A stretch of DNA of 64,000 nucleotides from Candidatus Omnitrophota bacterium (GCA_035292445.1 DATDQB010000003.1:9692-73691); one strand, 5' to 3'; shown: positions 20,218 through 29,424, numbered from the stretch's first letter. Program-made: numbers and translations. The notes: a model not told the origin generated them from the sequence alone.

Positions 20218-22554
20218 TTATTTCTGCTGTTGCGCCCTCTCGAATTCGAGGAGGTAAAAGGCGTCAACGAGATGCCCCAATTCTTTGGCTTTATTGATGT
20301 CTGCCCAGGCAGAATTGTATTCTTTAAGCTCGTACTCAACGAGCGACCTTAGGAAATAAACTTCCGCCAGGCCCGTATCGAGCAAAAGGGCCATATCATA
20401 ATCATCTTTGGCCTTTTTATAAACTTTTAGCCGGTAATACAGTTTGCCGCGCTCGGTGTAGGCCTGCGCCAGCTTGGGGTTTATTTCAATGATCTTGCTG
20501 AAATCAAGCAAGGCGGCATGAAAATCTTCCCGGAGCATCAGTGTGAGCACCCGGTGGCTAAGGGCCTCAAAATGATTGGGGCGCAAATCAAGCACTTTAT
20601 TGAAATCAGACAAAGCCTCAGGGTGCTTGTTCATCTGCTGGTAAATTTCTCCCCGGGTTAAAAGCGCATTGATATGCCCCGGTTCAACCTGGAGGATGGA
20701 CGTAAAGTCCAATAACGCGAGATCTTTTTTATCGAGAATCAAGTAGGTCAAGGCGCGGTTATAAAAGGCATCCACATAACGCCTGTTGATCTCAATGGCC
20801 TTGCTAAAATCCTGCAAGGCCGCCTCAAATTGCTTTCCTCGCAAATAAATGGTCCCGCGGTTGCTGTAGGCTTGGTAAGAGCCCGGCTCCACCTCAATGG
20901 CTTTATTGAAATCGTCGAGAGCAAGCTGCATCAGGCCCTTTTGCCCGTAGCATATCCCTCTGTTGCTATAGGCGCCCATCATCTGGGTATTGAGCTCAAT
21001 GGCTTTGCTGAAATCTTTGATGGCCTGATCGCAATCATTGCTTTTTTGGTAGAGCGTGCCCCGCGTGGCATACAGAAAAGACTGCTGGGGGTGCGCCTCG
21101 ATCGCCTTGTTTAAATCGTTAAAGGCCATGTCCCCTTTCCCCATGTCTATATAGATGTTTGCCCGGTTATTCAAAACATGAAGGTATCCGGGGTTGAGCA
21201 TAAGCGCTTTATTGAAATACTGTAGCGCGCGTTCGTTGTCTTTTTTCTTCATGTATTCATAGCCTAAGTTATAATAAGGTCGCGGATTGAGCGGCGCTTT
21301 CTCAATAGCATCTTTCCACAATACGATTGGGTCCTGCCACACTTTATTACGTTGATAGGTTAAAATCATAAGAATGCAACCAATGATGCCGATCACGGCT
21401 AAAAAAAAATTTTTATTTTTGATAAGCTCGTAAACCGTAAAAACGGCGGAAATGCTCAATCCCGCAAGCGGCAAATACGCGCGGTGCTCAAAAATCACGT
21501 GGCGGATGGGGATGACGCTTGATTCGACGAGGCTGGTCAAAAAGAAGAAATATATGCCAAAGGAGACCAAAGGATGGCGACGGTGCACTTTGGCGCCGAA
21601 AGCCAGCAACAATAAAAGAAAAGCCGCGCTGGCAAACGTTTGCCCTTCAAAAAAACCCCGCGAAACGGGCATATAATGGTCGATGGTCTGCCCGATCGGA
21701 AGAAAGAACAGGCTGATATATTTCACCAGCACGCGAAACTGCGTACAAAGGTAAGTGTACGCGTTGATGTCCCCGGGAATATAATTGCCCGGCTCCAGCG
21801 TGACGAAAAAGACCTGCCTGAAATTAAAACGGTAAAGCGCCGGGACGATCAGCGCCAACAGGATAATGGCCGGCACCGCCACCTTCATCCACCGCCGGCG
21901 CTCCTTAGAATCGGGAACGAACATCCATTCCGCCATAAGGATACAAAACGGCAGCGTGAAGGCTATTTGTTTAGTGAACATGGCCAATAAAGCGCTCATC
22001 AAAGACGCAACCAACACAACGATCCGCAGGTAAGGCTTAAGGCCGCCGAGCCGGGCCTTAAGGTAAAGGCAAACGCTCAATAGGTAAAAAAGCGTCGCTA
22101 GCGACGCGAAACGCTGCATGATATAGGTCACGGCCTGGGTCTGTAACGGATGGGCCAAAAAAATGAGCGCGGCACAAAAGGCCAATGCCTCGCCATGTTG
22201 TTTCAACGGTTGAACCGTGCTCTTGGGTGAGCTTAACAGCAGCCGGGTGAGCCACCACAGGAGAATGGCATTCATAAGGTGGATCCCTACGTTGACAACA
22301 TGATAACCCAACACCTCCAAGCCGTGCAAATGGTAATTGATGGCAAAGGTCAAATAACCGATGACCCGAAAGAGCCCGTAAGCCTCAATGATCCCGCTTA
22401 GATCGGGAAAGTTCCTTATGGTCGGATTTTCCACGATGTAAGGCTCGTCATCGAACTGAAAAGGCACGTTAAAGCTGTTGGAATATATCGCGAGGCCTAT
22501 CAGCGCCAAAAGGCCAGCCGGGAAAATAAGCTTTGGTCTCAAATTGATCTTCAT
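20218..22554 (-). CDS. TMTC-like GT-C glycosyltransferase with long TPR array
   Basis: FQFDD, HPLQTQAVTY, EHRAYLP; ~10 TPRs; paralogue of 6918..8792. Confidence 0.85.
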   Translation of the reverse strand: MKINLRPKLIFPAGLLALIGLAIYSNSFNVPFQFDDEPYIVENPTIRNFPDLSGIIEAYGLFRVIGYLTFAINYHLHGLEVLGYHVVNVGIHLMNAILLWWLTRLLLSSPKSTVQPLKQHGEALAFCAALIFLAHPLQTQAVTYIMQRFASLATLFYLLSVCLYLKARLGGLKPYLRIVVLVASLMSALLAMFTKQIAFTLPFCILMAEWMFVPDSKERRRWMKVAVPAIILLALIVPALYRFNFRQVFFVTLEPGNYIPGDINAYTYLCTQFRVLVKYISLFFLPIGQTIDHYMPVSRGFFEGQTFASAAFLLLLLAFGAKVHRRHPLVSFGIYFFFLTSLVESSVIPIRHVIFEHRAYLPLAGLSISAVFTVYELIKNKNFFLAVIGIIGCILMILTYQRNKVWQDPIVLWKDAIEKAPLNPRPYYNLGYEYMKKKDNERALQYFNKALMLNPGYLHVLNNRANIYIDMGKGDMAFNDLNKAIEAHPQQSFLYATRGTLYQKSNDCDQAIKDFSKAIELNTQMMGAYSNRGICYGQKGLMQLALDDFNKAIEVEPGSYQAYSNRGTIYLRGKQFEAALQDFSKAIEINRRYVDAFYNRALTYLILDKKDLALLDFTSILQVEPGHINALLTRGEIYQQMNKHPEALSDFNKVLDLRPNHFEALSHRVLTLMLREDFHAALLDFSKIIEINPKLAQAYTERGKLYYRLKVYKKAKDDYDMALLLDTGLAEVYFLRSLVEYELKEYNSAWADINKAKELGHLVDAFYLLEFERAQQQK

Positions 22555-24533
22555 TGAGCTGCTCCCGCCGTCTTCATTTCCCTTGCCTTGGAAAGGTTCT
22601 TGATGGCGCTCACATAATCCGGCTTGATCTGCAGGATCCGCACAAACATCGCTTCGGCCTTTTCATATTGCCCGTGTTTCCCATAGATCACGCCTAAAAC
22701 ATTCATCGCGTCGAGATTATTCGGGTCCTGCGATAAAACGTTCTCCAGATAAACCTTGGCCAACTCCTCATTGCCCTCCTCATAAAGAAGAAGCCCCAGG
22801 TTATTGTTGGCCTCAATATAATCCGGCTCAAGAAGAAGCGCCTGCTCATAATATTCCCGCGCCTTCGGCCGGTCGTTCAAGCGGAAATGAAGAAACCCTA
22901 AATTGTTCATCGCCTCGATGTATTGCGGGTCGAGGGAGAGCGCCTGCTCATAATATTTTTTAGCCTCCTCAAGATCGCCTTCCTCCAAAAGGACATTGGC
23001 CAGGTTGTTCAGGGCCTCTTTATTGGTGGCCCTCGCTTCAATGGCCTGCCTGTACAACTCTTTGGCCTCCTGCGCCTTTCCGTCATAGTACATCGCCAAG
23101 CCCTGGTTATTCAACGTCTCGCTGTCAAAAACGCTTTTATCCATTGTTTGTTGCATAAGGCTCATGGCCTCCTGGTCGCGGCCCATCTCCTGCGTAACGC
23201 GAACAAGATTGGAAAGGGCTTCGGGATTCGCCGCCTTCATCGCCAGCGCTTTCTTGAAATAAAGCTCGGCTTCCTGCCAATTTCCTTTTTCGGCGTATAT
23301 CGCGCCCAAATTATTGTACGCCTGGACAAAACTGGGGTTAAGCCGGATGATGCGCTGATAAAAAGCGACCGGCTCGCCCCAAACGAGGCTCTGAGCGGCC
23401 GTCAGAACACCGTATATAACGGCCAAGACAACCACCAGTGCGCCGGCCATATGTTTCAAAGGCGCCGATATACCGACGATCATGAGAGAAACTCCCAGGT
23501 AAAAACCGATGGATGCCGTATAAAGCCAGTGCTCGGCCATGTACGCGTTCATGGGGTATATGTTCGCAACCGGTAAAAGCGCGGCCAGAAACCAGGCGCA
23601 GGCAAAAAAAACCGTGCGGCGGCCGCGCCAATATATTGCGCCTAAACAAAGCATCCCGAGGATAACCAACCCTGCCCAGGCCCTAAGGTCCGCAAACGTA
23701 AAGACCATGAGCCCGTAGCCCATGTGCAGATCCTGCGGCCACAGTAGAAGCCTCGCATATTCGAATAACGCGACAAAAGATCCTGGCAAACGATCCATGA
23801 GCGTTGTTTTGACGGCCCCTGAAACCTCGTCGCCGAAACGCCCGGCAGCGTAGACGATAGCCAATAATCCGACGGGAATAAGCCCCTCCCAGGAAGACCT
23901 CTTTTCATGGGCAAGATGGATAAGGACCAGTAACGCAGGCGCGATCACCGCGTATTCTTTGGATAAAAGCGCGGCCGCAACAAAAACGCAGGCGCCGGCC
24001 AACAAACGTTTCTTGCCCCGCACCAGGTATCTTTCATAGCATAGGCACGAGAGAAGTATGAACAGCGCGACCAATAGATCCGCCCGGGAGGAAATGTAAA
24101 CAACGCTTTCCGTCTGGATGGGATGAATAAGGAAAAATAACGCCGTCAAAAAAGAAACGGCCCGTTGGGCAAACAGCGCATCGATAAGGAAGAATAATGC
24201 TATCCCCGTTGCCGCATGAAGAAGGATGTTGCTTAAATGAAAACCAAAAGGATTAAGGCCCCACAACCGCGCGTCAAACTTGTAGCTTAACATCTGCAGC
24301 GGCCGGTAAAAGCTCTCTTCGCTCCCGCCCAACACATTGCGCTGGAAAATTGGCGCCAGATTGCCCGGCGACTTGATGAGCTCATTGTTGACGATGAGCC
24401 CGTGATCGTCCCAGATAAAGGGGCTGAAAAGCGCTTTGGCGTAAATTAATAAAGTTGCCCCCACCAATAGGGAACACGCCAAGGCCTTGGAAGAAAGGAA
24501 CCGGAAAGGCAAGTTAGGTTGGATGGGTTTCAT
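22551..24533 (-). CDS. TMTC-like GT-C glycosyltransferase with TPR array
   Basis: FIWDD, YRPL, HPIQTESVVY, SKE, AEHWLY; start moved to ATG 24533 since the longer ORF runs into the hairpin repeat. Confidence 0.85.
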   Translation of the reverse strand: MKPIQPNLPFRFLSSKALACSLLVGATLLIYAKALFSPFIWDDHGLIVNNELIKSPGNLAPIFQRNVLGGSEESFYRPLQMLSYKFDARLWGLNPFGFHLSNILLHAATGIALFFLIDALFAQRAVSFLTALFFLIHPIQTESVVYISSRADLLVALFILLSCLCYERYLVRGKKRLLAGACVFVAAALLSKEYAVIAPALLVLIHLAHEKRSSWEGLIPVGLLAIVYAAGRFGDEVSGAVKTTLMDRLPGSFVALFEYARLLLWPQDLHMGYGLMVFTFADLRAWAGLVILGMLCLGAIYWRGRRTVFFACAWFLAALLPVANIYPMNAYMAEHWLYTASIGFYLGVSLMIVGISAPLKHMAGALVVVLAVIYGVLTAAQSLVWGEPVAFYQRIIRLNPSFVQAYNNLGAIYAEKGNWQEAELYFKKALAMKAANPEALSNLVRVTQEMGRDQEAMSLMQQTMDKSVFDSETLNNQGLAMYYDGKAQEAKELYRQAIEARATNKEALNNLANVLLEEGDLEEAKKYYEQALSLDPQYIEAMNNLGFLHFRLNDRPKAREYYEQALLLEPDYIEANNNLGLLLYEEGNEELAKVYLENVLSQDPNNLDAMNVLGVIYGKHGQYEKAEAMFVRILQIKPDYVSAIKNLSKAREMKTAGAAQ

Positions 24534-24545
24534 AAGAATGTCGGA

Positions 24546-24683
24546 TCCTGCTTCGCTAAATTGCTTTCGCATTTAGCTACGCAGGACAACAGGCTTCGTT
24601 ATCTAAAATTTCGCCAGAACTACGCCTGACTTTCGGCGTAGCCAGGCGTAGTTCAACGCGAAAGCTGTTGAACGAAGCCTGGC
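24546..24683. repeat. cluster of structured hairpin repeats at tRNA-Ser(CGA) 3' end
   Basis: Copies 24546-24586 (minus), 24590-24628 (minus, degenerate), 24641-24683 (plus, overlapping the encoded CCA). Confidence 0.85.
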
Positions 24684-24767
24684 GGAGAGGCTGGGATTTG
24701 AACCCAGGAGGCCTTTCGACCTAACGCTTTTCGAGAGCGTCGCTTTCAACCACTCAGCCACCTCTCC
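24680..24767 (-). tRNA. tRNA-Ser(CGA)
   Basis: GGAGAGG/CCTCTCC acceptor, anticodon arm ACGCT-CTCGAAA-AGCGT, long variable arm, GCCA end. Confidence 0.95.
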
Positions 24768-24832
24768 AGAAATTTTCTTCGAAAATTTTTGGATCTCGAG
24801 CCCCGCCAAAGGCGGGGCGAGAAATCTCAAAC
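24766..24832. repeat. double-hairpin element 5' of tRNA-Ser(CGA)
   Basis: AT-rich hairpin then tggatctcgagccccgccaaaggcggggcgagaaatctcaaac; second copy 27883-27949. Confidence 0.85.
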
Positions 24833-25588
24833 TTTGGTTCTTACCCACCCCGTATAGGCCTTCAGTTGCTCGATGTCATCGGGGCGGAAGATCTCATAAA
24901 TTTTAACCAAAGGAACGTGGCTGTCCAGCAGTTTCTTGATGAAGGCGTTCCTAAGCCGCTCGTCTTTGAAATCACTCCATTTAAGCAGCTTGAAACGCTC
25001 ATCCAGCATGGCCTCACCGATCAGGTATCTCAAAACCAGCTGCTCTTTGCTGTTGGCGACCCGTTGGTATTCCCGCAGCTCTTTTTCCGCCATCACCGCC
25101 GGAGCCTTGAGGGCGAGCGCTTTGACATGAAGCAGCGGATTGTCGTTCAGGTAAGACTTCTTGATGGCAAAATCCAACACGCACTGCAGAAGGAACAGTT
25201 GAAAATTAACCTCCGGTGGACCCTCCCCTTTTTCTCTTAAGCAATCGCGGTATTGTTCGGCCACGTTGGGGGTTATACGAGAGAGTTTTGTTTCGCGGGG
25301 CAGCTTTTCCTTTAAGAATTTCCCGAAGCGTTCGATGGCCTTTTTAAAATGCTCGAATGTGGCCGGCGGATGATTCCTTTGGGCTTCTTGCAGGAACTGG
25401 TTGAAAAAGATGCCGATATCCTGGTCAGGGATGACGTTGCTCATCGCCCCTTGCGGCAGGGAGCTTTCAATTTCCAAGAGGAGTTTTTGGGCGCGTTCTT
25501 TATCCTTGCCGGCGTATTTCTCAAACAGCAAGCCGTTGCCGTAAAACTGGACAAAATATTCATCGCCTCGTTTAATTATTTTTGCCAT
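24827..25588 (-). CDS. degenerate tyrosine-recombinase-like protein
   Basis: Arm-binding-like N-terminus, core-binding-like region ending DFAIKKSYLNDNPL, LKWSDF; box II reads ERLRNAF...IFRP...KAYT. Confidence 0.65.
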   Translation of the reverse strand: MAKIIKRGDEYFVQFYGNGLLFEKYAGKDKERAQKLLLEIESSLPQGAMSNVIPDQDIGIFFNQFLQEAQRNHPPATFEHFKKAIERFGKFLKEKLPRETKLSRITPNVAEQYRDCLREKGEGPPEVNFQLFLLQCVLDFAIKKSYLNDNPLLHVKALALKAPAVMAEKELREYQRVANSKEQLVLRYLIGEAMLDERFKLLKWSDFKDERLRNAFIKKLLDSHVPLVKIYEIFRPDDIEQLKAYTGWVRTKV

Positions 25589-25623
25589 TTTTCATCCAAT
25601 GAATCAAGAGGTAGCGCGGATAT

Positions 25624-27105
25624 TTAGGAGAGAGGGACTTTTTGTCCTTCAAGAACTTCGATAAAGGCTTCCACCAAATCCTGGTCAAGCTCGTTTCTCA
25701 TGCTGCGCAGGATATCGCACGCCGCGTCTTTGGTAAAACGGTTGCGGTACGCGCGGTCCGTTGTCAGCGCGTCAAAGATATCGGCGATCTCAAGGATGCG
25801 CACCAAGGGTGAGATCTCATCGCCTTTTAAGCTGTCCGGATAACCGCTCCCATCGAGCTTTTCATGATGGTGGCGGATCAGGTCACACAGGTTATGTAAC
25901 GAACGTACCGGCTTGATGATGCTTTCGCCGATCTCGGTATGGCGTTTCATCAGATCCTTTTCCTGTTCGGTCAACTTGCCTTCTTTATTCAGCACCTCAT
26001 CGGGGATGCCGATCTTCCCGATGTCATGAAGGCGGGCAGCATCGCGCAGCGATTTGATATCCTCTTCGTCCAAGCCCAGCTTCTCTCCCATCATGACGCA
26101 GTATTTGGCCACGCGGTCCAGATGCCCGCGGGAATATTTGTCTTTGGCGTCAATGGCCAAGGCGAGCGCCGTGATGGTCTCAAAATAAGTCTTCTCGATG
26201 TCTTTATTGAGCTGCGCGTTCTGGATGGCGATCGCCGTCTGGCTGGCCAGGTTAAAGAGGAGGTTTTTTTCTTCTTCGTCAAACCGGCCGTGGTCTTTAC
26301 GGCCGCTCACCAAAATCACGCCGAGCACCTCGTCTTTGGTCACCATGGGCGCGCATATCAATGGCGGTTCAAACAGATGCGGCGCCTCATCGGCCTCCGA
26401 CAAATCGGAAATAGCCTGCTCCATGATGAGCGGCTGCTTGATGGAGATGACGGTATGAATCGTCGTGCCCTTTTCCAGCTTAAGGCGGATATCCTCATTG
26501 GGCTTTAATTTGACGCCGTAGACCGTCTTGACGTACAGCTCGTTTTTATCCTTGAGCATCAGCACTCCGACGTTACCGTTTAAGGCGTCGGTGACGGTCT
26601 CCACGATCAGATCAAGGAACGAATCGATGTTCTCCAGCGACGTCATGCCCTGGCCGACCTTGCTCAATACGGAATGGAGCGTCCTTTTGGCGAGCTCAAG
26701 GCTGCGGACGTTCTCATCCATGCGCTTGGTGATGATCTTGAACGCCTCGGCGAGGACATTGAGTTCGTTTTTTTCTTTCGTCAGCTCCTCGATCTCGCTG
26801 GGGCTTAAAGACTCCTCCATCAGCTCCCGGTTGGTCAGGATCAGATTGACCAGCTTGACCAATGCGGAGCGCATCGTAAAATACCCAAGGATGACGCCCA
26901 GGACCACGAAGATCATCGTTAAATTGAAATTCTCCTCAGAGATGGTGATCTGGCCGTAATCGCGCAGCTGCACATAGAAATAATACAGGACGACAGTGGG
27001 GATAAACGACATGAGCAAAAACAGGATGGAAAACTTCCTTAAGAGGGATGCGTTCTCAATGGACCCAACGACACGGCGTTTATGGATTTTTTTCTTTTTC
27101 TTCAT
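25624..27105 (-). CDS. membrane-anchored GAF + HD-GYP phosphodiesterase
   Basis: Two TM helices, GAF, LHDIGK, HHEKLDGSGYP. Confidence 0.9.
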   Translation of the reverse strand: MKKKKKIHKRRVVGSIENASLLRKFSILFLLMSFIPTVVLYYFYVQLRDYGQITISEENFNLTMIFVVLGVILGYFTMRSALVKLVNLILTNRELMEESLSPSEIEELTKEKNELNVLAEAFKIITKRMDENVRSLELAKRTLHSVLSKVGQGMTSLENIDSFLDLIVETVTDALNGNVGVLMLKDKNELYVKTVYGVKLKPNEDIRLKLEKGTTIHTVISIKQPLIMEQAISDLSEADEAPHLFEPPLICAPMVTKDEVLGVILVSGRKDHGRFDEEEKNLLFNLASQTAIAIQNAQLNKDIEKTYFETITALALAIDAKDKYSRGHLDRVAKYCVMMGEKLGLDEEDIKSLRDAARLHDIGKIGIPDEVLNKEGKLTEQEKDLMKRHTEIGESIIKPVRSLHNLCDLIRHHHEKLDGSGYPDSLKGDEISPLVRILEIADIFDALTTDRAYRNRFTKDAACDILRSMRNELDQDLVEAFIEVLEGQKVPLS

Positions 27106-27193
27106 GAAAGTTTCCTGTGCGTGGACACTGCCTTAAATTATATAACCGTTGCCTGAAACAAGCTAATCATAATCTGAAAATTTTTCCCGCTCG

Positions 27194-27790
27194 TCACTTC
27201 TTCGTCAAGTTTCCGGCAACATAACCCGCCCTTGCCGTCCAGATTTCCCTGAGTTTCTGTGCCGCCAGGACCAAGGCTGGGTCCCATTGAAAGACAAAAC
27301 GAGGATCATGATTCGCTTTGTAAAACACGCCCAAAACCGTCAACTTGAACTCTTCAGACAAAAATTGCCAAAAAACCTCTTCCAATTGGGGGGATTTTCC
27401 GGGGCTCTTGACATATTCATCCGTATATTCCAGATGATAAAAGGTCGCCCCAAGGCCGCGGACATGCCCCTGGCTTTCCTCGATGCGCTCCAGCAGACTG
27501 GCCGGCGTGCGGTTTGCCTCCAAAACCGCGATGGCTTCATCGATCGCTTGATTTTGTTGCTGCCCCCTCAACGCCTGGAAATAAAACTGGAACTCCGGGT
27601 CCTCCCTCATCGTATCGACCATGCGGCGGATATCCGCGGAGGTGTAATCGGCCGGGGATCGGTACCTTTGGATGGCTTCCAAAAGAGGGTCTTTCTTCTT
27701 AAACGGCTGCGCCATCAAAAACAGCCCCGCGATGACAACGAACGTGACGGTCGCCGCGATGATGATGATTTTGTTCTTGAGCTCGATCAT
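27194..27790 (-). CDS. hypothetical protein with N-terminal membrane anchor
   Basis: 198-aa ORF; hydrophobic residues 8-26. Confidence 0.65.
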   Translation of the reverse strand: MIELKNKIIIIAATVTFVVIAGLFLMAQPFKKKDPLLEAIQRYRSPADYTSADIRRMVDTMREDPEFQFYFQALRGQQQNQAIDEAIAVLEANRTPASLLERIEESQGHVRGLGATFYHLEYTDEYVKSPGKSPQLEEVFWQFLSEEFKLTVLGVFYKANHDPRFVFQWDPALVLAAQKLREIWTARAGYVAGNLTKK

Positions 27791-27799
27791 ACAAAATAA

Positions 27800-27884
27800 C
27801 GGAGGAGTAGGGATTCGAACCCCAGATGCCTCGCGGCATAACGGTTTTCAAGACCGCCGCATTCAACCACTCTGCCACTCCTCC
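27800..27884 (-). tRNA. tRNA-Ser(TGA)
   Basis: GGAGGAG/CTCCTCC acceptor, anticodon loop CTTGAAA, long variable arm, GTTCGAATC. Confidence 0.95.
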
Positions 27885-27949
27885 ATAAATTTGCGGAGCA
27901 AATTTATGGATCTCGAGCCCCGCCAAAAGCGGGGCGAGAGATCTCAAAC
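27883..27949. repeat. double-hairpin element 5' of tRNA-Ser(TGA)
   Basis: ccataaatttgc-gga-gcaaatttatgg followed by atctcgagccccgccaaaagcggggcgagagatctcaaac. Confidence 0.85.
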
Positions 27950-28195
27950 ATGCTCCATTAAAGCTAATTTCTTAAATCGCGAGTATTTCTTAATCTGTCG
28001 CTCTCTTTTTCTAGCATCAGTATAACTTCCGCTAACTTCTACATACTTGAGCTGTACCGGCCTACGAAACTTCGTATACCGACAAGCCCTACCTTGATTA
28101 TGTAACTCCACACGTTTATTAACATCCTGAGCGATTCCAATATACAAATCTTTCGTACGGCATTCAATGATGTAAACCGACCATTGATTATCCAT
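27944..28195 (-). CDS. small GIY-YIG nuclease (YhbQ/UPF0213-like)
   Basis: SVYII...LYIG...RVELHNQG...YTK...ARKRERQIK. Confidence 0.9.
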   Translation of the reverse strand: MDNQWSVYIIECRTKDLYIGIAQDVNKRVELHNQGRACRYTKFRRPVQLKYVEVSGSYTDARKRERQIKKYSRFKKLALMEHV

Positions 28196-28265
28196 AGCTT
28201 TTTAAGAGTTCTCGTCGCTTCGCTAAGGCTCGCTCCTCGAACTCATTTTTCGCTTCGCGAAAAAT

Positions 28266-28285
28266 GACCGCTCAGCCACCTCTCC
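28266..28285 (-). pseudogene. 5' fragment of a tRNA-Ser
   Basis: GGAGAGGTGGCTGAGCGGT: 18/19 identical to 5' ends of both tRNA-Ser(GGA) and (CGA); continues straight into a perfect hairpin (28243-28267). Confidence 0.75.
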
Positions 28286-28292
28286 TTGAATA

Positions 28293-29027
28293 TTATTTTC
28301 CAAGGCTTAAGCGTTCAGCCAGGATCTTAGGTAAATTGGCCTGATAAATCTTCTCCTGCGCCGTTGTAATGTCGTAACGAACCCTTCGAATCTCGACCAA
28401 AGATTTATCGGTATCATAGATCGCGCAACAGGCGGCGGGATTGCCATCGCGAGGCTGGCCAACGCTGCCAATATTGATGATGTATTTTCCTTTTTTTTTA
28501 AGCTTGACCTCTGGCTCGATAATGGCATCAACCGTATCAAATTGCGTAAAAATGATGGGGCGATGAGAATGGCCGATAAAACAGAGCTGTTGTTGAAAGC
28601 ACTTGAAATTCACATGAGCATCATCAATGTCTGAAATATATCCCCATTCTTTGGGGGCCACCGGGTTGGCATGAACGGCGAGGAAATATTTATTTTCAAA
28701 GACCATCTTCATCCCGGCCAGAAAATCAAAATCTTCCTTTTCCAATTGCCGCTTGGTCCATTCGATGGAAGCTTTGGCATGCGCATTAAAAAGAGCTGTG
28801 TCCGTCAAGCCGCAGGCCGCATGGTCATGATTACCGGCGAGGCACTGGCAATCATAACGTTTGATCAATTCTTTCAGCTCACGAACACACCGCACGGGAT
28901 CAGCGCCATAGCCGACAATATCGCCGAGAAACACATATTGATCCACGCGCTCCTTGTTGAACTCCTCGATGACGGCTGAAAATGCTTCCCAATTGGCGTG
29001 CACATCAGAAAATAATCCGAATTTCAT
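28293..29027 (-). CDS. calcineurin-like metallophosphoesterase
   Basis: SDVHAN, GDIVGYG, GNHD, GHSH, NIGSVGQPRD. Confidence 0.9.
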   Translation of the reverse strand: MKFGLFSDVHANWEAFSAVIEEFNKERVDQYVFLGDIVGYGADPVRCVRELKELIKRYDCQCLAGNHDHAACGLTDTALFNAHAKASIEWTKRQLEKEDFDFLAGMKMVFENKYFLAVHANPVAPKEWGYISDIDDAHVNFKCFQQQLCFIGHSHRPIIFTQFDTVDAIIEPEVKLKKKGKYIINIGSVGQPRDGNPAACCAIYDTDKSLVEIRRVRYDITTAQEKIYQANLPKILAERLSLGK

Positions 29028-29029
29028 AT

Positions 29030-29404
29030 TTATTTCTTGCGCAAAGCCTTCTCAATAGCAGAGATCAAATCCTCTGCCCCGTAAGGTTTTGGTATATACC
29101 CGCTGGCTTTAATGCCCGGCTCGTTCATGGCCACCTCTTCCAGACCGGAGCCGGTGACAATGATTATAGGGATATCCTTCGTCTGCTTATTTTGATTAAG
29201 CTGTTTACAAACCTCATAGCCGTATTCTCCAGGTAAGATCAGATCCAACAGGATGACATCGGGGATAACCTCTTCGGCTTTTTTAATGCCGTCAAAACCA
29301 TTGCTGGCGATATGGACTTCGTAACCGGCTTGGGTCAACAAAGACTCGTTCAAACGCGTTGTCGAACGGTCATCATCTATCGATAAAACTTTTATTTTAG
29401 CCAT
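29030..29404 (-). CDS. single-domain response regulator
   Basis: IDDD, LLDLILP, KPY. Confidence 0.9.
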   Translation of the reverse strand: MAKIKVLSIDDDRSTTRLNESLLTQAGYEVHIASNGFDGIKKAEEVIPDVILLDLILPGEYGYEVCKQLNQNKQTKDIPIIIVTGSGLEEVAMNEPGIKASGYIPKPYGAEDLISAIEKALRKK

Positions 29405-29424
29405 AGTTGCCCGGCCTCCTTTGA

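Noticed and set aside
24603-24848. Short ORFs over tRNAs and hairpins (also 4118..4372, 27699..27947, 52238..52435)
   Set aside because: Overlap tRNA genes or repeats; no coding signal
4151-28285. CRISPR array from palindromic repeats
   Set aside because: No regular repeat-spacer periodicity and no cas genes
24827-28285. Prophage or active integrative element at tRNA-Ser
   Set aside because: Recombinase lacks catalytic residues; no phage genes; no 3' tRNA duplication found
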